Assembly: GCA_002633005.1 (NCBI GenBank)
Contig: NMRA01000185.1
Span: forward strand, 597,297 to 661,296
Reading direction: 5' to 3'
DNA from: Phoronis australis
Taxonomy: Eukaryota > Animalia > Phoronida
DNA: 64,000 nt
Part shown: one piece after another, positions 60,083-64,000 of the stretch
How the letters are laid out: each line of letters starts with the position of its first letter
Numbering within the stretch: the first letter of the stretch is position 1
Notes under the pieces: generated by a model
Databases searched by the model: none
Seen by the model: only the letters and a program-made list of their open reading frames with translations
Told to the model about the DNA's origin: nothing
Position numbers and translations under genes: made by a program

Positions 60083-63000
60083 CTGAAAATGTCGAATTTT
60101 CTCATTACTGTCAACGCTATAACAAAATTTTAATGCCTCAGCAGTCGTCAGAATTCGTGCACAAAAAGATCGATATTAACATGAATCTTAGATGAGATTA
60201 GCATTTATCTTCAAATAGGAAGTTAGAAGCTGTTGAGAGGGAGCACGGACCAAGGGTGGGAAACACTTTCAAATGGGAAGTGTGTGCCCAAACACAGGTA
60301 GTACAGTCCAGTAGAAATGGGAAGTGCGCCGTTGAGGACAAGAAGGATTGGTGATTTTTCGTTAAGGGACACATCAATTCGAGCTGCATTTGACCGTTTA
60401 GCTGGCTATAAAACGATAATCTACTTAGGCCTTCTACTCTCATAAAATCGACTTGCACAAAAGACCCAATTCGATTTTTGTTTTCAAGTCAGCAAAACAG
60501 GGCGAAATTCAGCTTCACTATATTTTCCTCGAAACAAATCTAATATTCGCATTAATGGCATTACTGAATATAACCTACAATAGAATCAAATGTTTGTTTT
60601 AGTAACTTTGGTTCATTTTGTTTGTCGTTTTGCGAGACCATATAAGTCAAGTACCGATTTGTGGTCAAAAGATGACAATCCGCGACAAGAAGAATTCGAG
60701 TACATCTCTGCAGAGCACTTGGACTAATCTCTGGTGGCTCGCAAGATGTCGCCTCGGGGTGATCTTACGCATGTCAAAAATGCAAGATATAACAGATAGA
60801 AACATTTACAAAAATAAAGTCTACATTTTTCTGCCACAAGAGAAAATAAATATTCCACAGGATTATCCATCAGAGCACAGATGCTATTATCCCGGTTTAT
60901 GCTGAAACCGGAAGAGATGTCTGGAATAATGAGTAAAATCTTCATCATTTTTAAACCACTGGAGATGAGCCTTCTGAATTCGAGAATTTTCTACAATAAT
61001 GGTTATGTTTGCTTCAAATGGCTTCCGGACAACAGCTCGCGTCAGCTACCAAACATCTAGTTTAAAATGTACGTATGTTAATCGCCTAGAGCCCTCCAAA
61101 TCCATTTAATACCACACACCTAGTAAAGTAGATCTGAAGTCGTAGACGCGACTTTTCACTGACAGTACATTAACTCGATCCATTACCACCAGGGGTCATA
61201 AGCGTGGGATTTTCCCCAATCCCTCCTAAGCTACGTTAAACAGAATAGTAATTCGTTTATCGATTTAAGTAAATGTCTACATATTTGAAGGTCTCTTGAC
61301 TAGAATGACTCGGGGGGCTTAGCTGTCAGAAGTCCTATACACTTACAGACTTGAGTACATACAAACCAAGATCAAATGCATGTATGTTTCAAATACCGAG
61401 CTACTTCCAGCCCTGCGGAGTGGGAGCGGCTGAATTTACAAGCGAAAACAAATCATTACCAAAACGTCAGTCGTATCCATGAAGGGTCTTGTTAGTGACA
61501 GTGAAATGTATATTGTTGGTTTCAATCACTGAGACCGAACGCAGTAAGATAACTTTGAGTCGGGTTGAATTTAACTCCGGAAGAGAAAAAGCATCGCCCA
61601 GTGAGATCGTGTGGCCAAAGACCACTGACGTTCATGAAACTACCCCGACATGATGTTTTGACATTTTTTATTCAAAATTTTTGTCAGTTTGGTTCAGTGA
61701 ACAAGAACTGAACAGTTTTTGGGTATTACTGAAAATAAAGATTGACACGTACTTTCACGACCCACGTCTGCATACTACGGGACAAGTTGAACTTCGGCTC
61801 CAGTTTGAAAGACCTTTCAACTATCTGGCGCCGATAACGGAAACCAAACATCATTAGGTGAACTAAGACTAAAAAGATGCGTCTCTCGAAAAGAAAGACT
61901 TTCTATGATCTTGTAATGAGGTCGAGTGCAAGCAAGAAGAACTCAAGGGTTGACATCAGGTGCCTCTTAAAGAAAATGAAATCTCAGGACACTAAGAACA
62001 GATTTAACATGCAGATTGAAGTTTGGTTGTGGTTTTCTTAATTAAACCGCGACAAAGCGATGCTCAACTGGTACCTTGAATGTGCCAGCTAGTAAAACAT
62101 GAATTTAAGACATTAGCGAATCCAAGATGTCCCGGCGTAAGGGGGGAGCACAACATGCAGATATGTTTTTGGTCAAGTTCATGGCGGGGGCAGGTCACCA
62201 AAATCCAGCAGTACAATGTTAAACTGCAATCAAATGTTGACGAAATTCTGAGTATTGAACCCTGCAATGAGTCGAGTCTAGCCCCCGAATCACCTGGAGA
62301 AATCCGACTCCTAGAGTATCTTAACCCCAGTCGAAGCATGCTGCGAATAGAATAACAAAGTTCTGAGGTCACGTGCCGCCAACCGAGGTTGTATCGCGAT
62401 ATTTTGGTTCAGACGTCGTTTCGCTTATCATCAGAAAACTGTTGACCCGATAGTTTTTTGTGGTGGGCGCATCACTGTACAATTAACCCGAGTATGATCT
62501 CTGACACGATATAATGATAATGACACATCGACAGCAGCTGTAGGTCGGAATTTTCAACTTTTACAGAAAATCAGCACCCCTTTTAACAATAGCCGGGTGA
62601 TGCTTAGCTTGTAACATTATTCATATCAGTGAGATAGTATTGTGGAAAAGTTCTCCATCAAGAGTGATCGAGAGCAAGTCACGTGCTCGCTGCCAGTCAC
62701 CTGCTCACTGCCAGTGCGGCTCCTACTAAGATGATGATAATTCACGGTGGTGACACACATATCTCTCGGGTCGCGATTGTGACTTGGAATCGCAATTTAA
62801 ACCCATTTTTAAGATTAGATGCCTTGGACCTATGACCCAAATGGGTCCTAGCTTTGACATATCCGTTCGCGGCCCATAGGAAATAGGTGAATATCATCGA
62901 CCACTGTGTACTATGTCCTATGATGAGCTTGTTTCGCGATAGTTCACTAGCTGTATATGTCATTACACGTAACAGTTCTCGAACAAAGATTGATATCATC

Positions 63001-64000
63001 ATGACAACAAATTTACGAACATTACTGATGGTATTTCATGGACTATTCGAAAGTACATGTTAAAATCGACTCGCATATCGAACGTCTCGGACTTTTACAG
63101 ACACCAAACCCAATTCTAAACAATTCTCGTGCCGACTGCCGTGTTTAACAATAGCCGTTTTGAGACGAGTACGAGCTGTTATTGCCGCGCCAAAATATTT
63201 CAGCGGTTTCTACCAAACATCATATTATTAGGCACAAAGAAACTTGTTAAAAGCGTTAGCAACAAAGTAGTTAGAAGAAGGAATTGGCCAATTATACCGA
63301 AATGTTAATGGGACGTTTATTGTCACTCATGAATAGTTTCGTGACAGCAACGTACGGCTGAAATGAACAATTTATTTGTACCTGTATAATTTAGAGGGTC
63401 CTCCTCTACAGTGATTACGGTGCTCTCTTGACGCTAGCAAACTAATACCAAAAGACGAGACGAAACGATCAATCCTTACTTTTCAAATACTATAATTTGT
63501 ATCCAAGGATTTTTTGTTAACTACTTGATCCAGTCATCCTTCAGAGGGTGACAGAATTAGAAGTTCTGTTTTTGCACAACAACCAATTTTACAAAAATTA
63601 AATTTAATGTGAAACGATCGTTATATTTGGCTGAACTCATTAATAGTGTCACACACCCGAATATGTTTTAGCGCTAACGACGAGCACCACTGGTTTTTAT
63701 ATAGGTTGGTGTCAATTATTTACGTATTTATCTTTCCAAAATGTGCCTAGAGTTAATCATTGCATAGGTTAAAATCGCTAACTGCCGCAGCAAACGCAAT
63801 TCTACAGGTTGAAAACGTGTTGACCTGCACTCGCGTCTTATCCATGTTTTGATTGGTTAATCAAACCATTTTTAATTGCCACCAAGTACGACATGTAGCG
63901 GTTTGTTTTCTAAACACCCGACAAGATGTATTCAATTTTAATGAACTGTAGACTCTACTACGTGTCCAACGTCCATCAAATAGCAGACAGGAGGGATTAG

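Noticed and set aside
62075-62160. Candidate first exon of the Cys-rich gene (MLCSPLTPG...HIQG|gtacca)
   Set aside because: Phase fits but the donor is weak and the peptide is not signal-peptide-like; unsupported without RNA data

Overview
Eukaryotic, AT-rich invertebrate-metazoan-type genomic DNA, not prokaryotic. Bases 1-50.7 kb hold a multi-exon cytoplasmic glutaminyl-tRNA synthetase gene (QARS1) on the + strand. I traced 20 GT-AG coding exons with consistent phases (2244 nt, 747 aa + stop, ending ...LVFNRTVTLKEDPGKN*); exon 1 appears to lie upstream of the window. Its introns are expanded by mobile elements: (i) a 5'-truncated L1/Tx1-type LINE interrupted by a Helentron-associated (HINE-like) element that carries ~11 CTCF-like motifs and is itself interrupted by a MITE; (ii) a 5.5-kb antisense hAT element with a spliced, decayed ZNF862-like transposase, a 5-bp TSD and a related element nested in one of its own introns; (iii) a THAP relic, pogo/mariner-type and Kolobok-type MITEs, tRNA-derived SINE heads and short palindromes. 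Downstream, convergent with QARS1, is a 5-exon (5'-incomplete) minus-strand gene that the ORF track mostly misses. It encodes two tandem six-cysteine domains with neuritin/RGM-N/DUF19-like spacing and a GPI-anchor-like C-terminus. Assembly artefacts: a duplicated segment around the single N at 3815 and an N-gap at 25959-26871. All family assignments come from motif recognition by eye, not from database searches.
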